From: the human T2T-CHM13v2.0 reference genome, Homo sapiens
NCBI RefSeq assembly: GCF_009914755.1
Contig: NC_060931.1
Reading direction: 5' to 3' (one strand)
DNA length: 64,000 bases
In this document: positions 59,993 through 64,000 of the stretch, in pieces
How positions within the stretch are numbered: position 1 is the first letter of the stretch
Layout: each line of letters opens with the position of its first letter
Position numbers and translations under genes: made by a program
The notes under the pieces: model-generated
Database searches by the model: none
The model's input: the letters and a program-made list of their open reading frames with translations, nothing else
Told to the model about the DNA's origin: nothing

Positions 59993-60869
59993 GCCTTGTC
60001 ACTTGGACCTAACCCCACTATGTGAAAGCTCTGGGTGTGCACAGAAGATGCTTCAAAGTGTGGACTTCCCCTTAAAGGAATTAGAAACACCAATTTTGAG
60101 GTATTAGAGGAAAAGCAACTACCCTGGCTCCCAAGAAAGCAAAACATTAGGCCCCGGAGGCGTAGATAGGGGAGACACATTAGTGATTTTTTTGTTTCAG
60201 ATCTGTCCTGGATCCTTTCATACCAAGAAAAATGTCCTGGTGATGACACAACAAAAACTGTTGCACTCACTTTAAATTGTCTGCTGGGTTAGCTATCCTA
60301 ACCAGACACCTCTAACCATTGCTTTGTCTTCTAACCTTATCAATAGGTCTATCACAAACAACAGGGAATGATTCCAGCTTTTGCAACTCCCAAAGAAAAT
60401 TCTCCTCTCTACCTCCATAAGTCCACCATCCACATTCTCATCATTGCCTGGGGCAAATGAATAGCATCCAAATGATGACAAAAACAAGCAGGACAGATGG
60501 AACTGCCTTCACAGTCTTTTCAAAATCAGGAACTAGACTCTACCAGTGGGCCTGAAGAACACATTTGAGGCAGTATCAACTTGTGCCTCCACATTGATTG
60601 TTGCAGGTCCCATGAGCAGGACCTCAACAATCATAACATATCTTTTCTCCCCTGGGACAACATGTGCATATTGCTGGGATCATAGTTCTTGTGTAGAAGC
60701 TAGGAATCAACTTCCTTCCCTTCCAAAAACACTGTTATTTTCATCTTATAGGTGGTGATAAGAGAGCAAGTCTTTAAGGAAACACCACCAGTAACTCTGA
60801 GAGCTCAGAAGACTGAGGTATTCTCTCTAAAATGAGGCAGCCCTGGATTTTCCAAGGTAGATTTGTTGA

Positions 60870-61204
60870 GGGATAACTGACTCCTCACTTATTTGCTGTG
60901 TTTGGCAGTTATTACCACAACGTGAGTCATCAAATTAGGAAAAAGTGCTAAAATATTTGTTTTGAATTTAGCTGAAGTAACCAATCAGACTATCTTGGAG
61001 CTGGAAGGAACTTGGCTTATCCTCAACTCATTGACTAGGGATGTTAGGAATGCTGGAATTGTTATAGATTTCATCCTTATTGGCAAATGTACAGCCTGGG
61101 CAATTGCTAATATATCCTATTGTACTTGGATTAATGACTCAGGCCAAATGGAAATCTCTATTAAGAAACATGAGGAAGAAATTATCCAGCTCTCCAAAGT
61201 AGAC
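60870..61204 (+). pseudogene. Retroviral env transmembrane-subunit ectodomain remnant (heptad, ISD and degenerate CX6CC)
   Basis: ORF 60962-61282 contains LNSLTRDVRNAGIVIDFILIGKCTAWAIANISYCTWINDSGQME, which aligns to the gamma-type pattern LNSLAxVVxDNRIALDFLLAxQGGVCAxANTSCCTWINxSG. Confidence 0.8.
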
Positions 61205-61209
61205 AGCAA

Positions 61210-62712
61210 TAATTTCTTTTTTTATCCATTACTTCAAGCATTTATCCTTTGTGTTATAAACAATCCCATTATACTCTTTTAGTTGTTTTTAAATGCAAAA
61301 TTAAATTATTTTTTACTATAGTCAGCCTGTTGTGTTAGCAAATAAATACTAGGTCTTATTCATTCTTTCTATCTCTTTTGTACCCATTAACTATACCCAC
61401 TTCCCCGCCACTACTCTTCCCAGACTCTTTTCTCGATGTTTGTTCTTGGCAACGTTGCTGAAAATAGGTTCACTGTAGACGTATGGATTTGTTTCTGGGT
61501 TCTTTATTCTGTTCCACTGGTCTATGTATCTGTTTTTATGCCAGTATCATGCTGTTTTAGTTACTACAGTTCAGTAGTTTAATCTGAAGTCAGGTAATGT
61601 GATTCCTCCAGTGTTGCTTTTTTGCTCAGGATAGCTTTGAATATTCTGGATCTTTTGAGGTTCCATAAAAATTTTAGCATTGTTTGTTCTATGTGAAGAA
61701 TGTATTAGATATTTTGATAGGTATTGCATTGAATCTGTAGATTTGCTTTGGTAGTATGGACCTTTGAAAGATATTGGTTCTTCAAATCCATGAACGTGGA
61801 ATATCTATACTTTTTGGTGTCCTCTTCAATTTCTTGCATCAGTGTTTTATGGTTGTCATTATTGAGATCTGTTAATTCTTTGGTTAAGTTTATTCCTAGG
61901 AATTTTATTTTGTCTGTTATCTATTGTAAATGGGAATGCTATCTTGATTTCTTTTTAAGATTTTTACTGTTGGCATATAGAAATGCTACTAATTTTTGCA
62001 TATTGATTTTTCATCCTGCAACTTTACTGAATGTGTTTATCACATTCAGAATGTAGTTATTCTAACAGTTTTTTGTGGAGTCTTTAGGTTTTTCAAAATA
62101 TAAGATTATATAATCTGCAGACAGGATAATTTGATGTCTTTCTTTCCAAAATGGATGCCATTTATTTATTTCTTTTACTAATTGCTCTAGCTAGGACTTC
62201 CAGCTTTACATTGAGTAACAGTGTTGAAAATATGCATCATGATTGTGTGTTCTAGTTCTTAGAGAAAAGGCTTTCAGTTTTTACCCATTCAGTATGATAC
62301 TAGCTGTGGGTCTGTCTTATTCGGCATTTTGAATGTTAAGGTATGTTCCTTCTATACCATTTGTGATGGTTCTTACTATTAAATGATTTCGAATTTTATC
62401 AAATGGTTTTTCAGCATCATTTGAAATAACAATATTGTTTTTGTCCTTCATTCTATTGGTATGATATATCACATTGATTAATTTGCATATGTTGAACTAT
62501 GCTTGCATCCCCTGGATAAATCCCACTTGGTTATGATGAATAAACTTTTTAATGTGTTGTTAAATTAGGTTTGCTCATATTTTGTTGAGGACTTCTGCAT
62601 CAGTAAATATACATCAGAGATACTGGCCTGTAGTTTTCTTTTCTTGATGTGTACTTACTTGGTTTTGTATCAGGTTAACACTGGCCTCATAGAATGAGTT
62701 TAGAAGTATTCC
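61210..62712 (-). mobile_element. L1MA (MA2-MA4-like): 3'UTR piece joined to an ORF2 piece across an internal deletion
   Basis: tcaagcatttatcctttgtgtta...tgtacccattaac (3'UTR), followed at about 61430 by antisense ORF2 ttgtttctgggttctttattctgttcca. Confidence 0.88.
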
Positions 62713-62749
62713 CTTTATTTGACTTTTGGTCATATCATTCTAATATCTG

Positions 62750-62985
62750 TCCACAAGGCCACACTTCCTTCTCATCTCCTGGCTGTGTGAAACCTCTAGC
62801 TCTGTTTTATAAAAATATTTGCTATGGCATTCATTGCCCTACAAAATAATATGGGGTTATTTTCTTATCAAAAAATTGTTAATTAATCACATCTGCAGAA
62901 ACCCTTTTTTCAAAATACAGTAATATTTACTCTTTCCAGGGAGTAAGATTTGATTTCTTTGGTGACCACTATTCAACCTACTTAC
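62750..62985 (-). mobile_element. MLT1 (B/C-like) LTR fragment
   Basis: taatcacatctgcagaaacccttttttcaaaatacagtaa...gaccactattcaacctact. Confidence 0.7.
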
Positions 62986-64000
62986 AGAGGCATTTTGCAG
63001 CTTTGTTTAAAGATCAACTCAGATGATTTAGGTGAAACACTTAGCAAACTCTGAAATCACCTAAATATATAGTGTATAATTTAAATTTTCTATCGATTTT
63101 TGACATCCATTGTTCTCATGGCTAATGCCATCTTAATTTTATATAATTTCTCACATATAAAGTCCATGATAAATTAGTAATTTATACATTTGTATTAGGT
63201 TATTATGATAGTAATACATCTGCACCCACTCTTGTTAAGAACTTTTTGTCAGAAGTGATAAACATTTGTTAGATAACCATCTGTCTGGGGTTTGGTGCTC
63301 AAAGATATTTGGAAGACAAAATTGATCAAACTCAAGATCTTGTCTTCATAATATTACTTTCCTTGTACTAGCTAAGCAGCCATTATAACTCAATCTAAAC
63401 AATGCTCCCACTACATCCACTATTGAGTGTGACTTAGATTAAATTAGGTTTCCAGTATTTTGTCCTGGGCATGGTTATCTCGGTCTCTAGTTTCTATTAA
63501 AGAGAGGAGGACATGACAGATCATTTCAAGTTCATTTTGCACTTAAATTGCTTCTCAGTTCAGGCTTTTATTACTAAGAAAAAAAATGATGCTCTTAATG
63601 CATTCCTGGATGCTGCTTTCCCCAAGGTTTTGTAAAACTTAACATTTATTTTTCATATTTTGGAAAAAGTGTTTAGTCCCTGAACTTTCTTCTCAGTTAA
63701 AAGAAAAAAAAAGTCTCAGTGTTGAGACCTTGCCATCTTCAGTGCTATAGTCTTGTGAAAATCCCTGTAAAACATTTGCCTCTTTCTTCAGAGGAATACT
63801 GTGCAAGGAAAAAGATAACGACTTAAAATATTTCACATGATGTCTTGGAGATTAAAAGACAAAGAGAATAATAGAAATAAAAGATATATATGTTAAACAT
63901 ATGTTTACAATAAAATTCCAGTTCTTCAACAACATTAGGATCTATTTATATGTAAGAAATTTGTTGGGCTAAACAGGTGAGGATTGATATACGTTTGGTG

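Larger units (their letters stand above)
59110..61209 (+). mobile_element. Degenerate endogenous retrovirus internal region (ERVL-type integrase and env remnants)
   Basis: HIPW...WQTDDTRPL at 59446-59504 resembles class III integrase (IPRG...WQVDYIGPL). An env TM remnant lies at 60870-61204. Confidence 0.7.

Noticed and set aside
60962-61282. Domesticated syncytin-like env gene
   Set aside because: The ISD and CX6CC are degenerate, the upstream SU region has stops and frameshifts, and the membrane anchor is replaced by L1MA sequence.

Overview
Primate, most likely human, genomic DNA. It is AT-rich (roughly one-third GC by eye), CpG-depleted, and has no CpG island and no recognisable intact protein-coding exon, so it reads as intergenic or deep intronic. 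Interspersed repeats dominate: about 8 Alus, a 3.2-kb 5'-truncated L1PA with a broken ORF2, several shorter L1PA/L1PB/L1MA/L1MC/L1ME pieces, L2, MIR, MaLR LTRs (THE1, MLT1), and DNA-transposon fossils (MER58, MER5A, Tigger3). There are also microsatellites and a 28-bp AT-rich minisatellite. Most listed ORFs are chance or repeat-derived. The real protein homologies are L1 ORF2 fragments and a degenerate retroviral env TM/integrase remnant at 59-61 kb. The most notable structures are: (1) a ~227-bp, ~93% identical inverted duplication at 31.86-32.70 kb; (2) an Alu fragment at 33.5 kb apparently copied from the neighbouring Alu at 35.2 kb; (3) an L1 3' transduction carrying an older Alu monomer, bracketed by the L1 TSD; (4) a class III (ERVL-type) integrase remnant next to a gamma-type env remnant; (5) a CpG-retaining VNTR inside an L1PB. 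I did not find a convincing new biological system. Repeat subfamily calls come from recalled consensus motifs and need RepeatMasker/Dfam confirmation.
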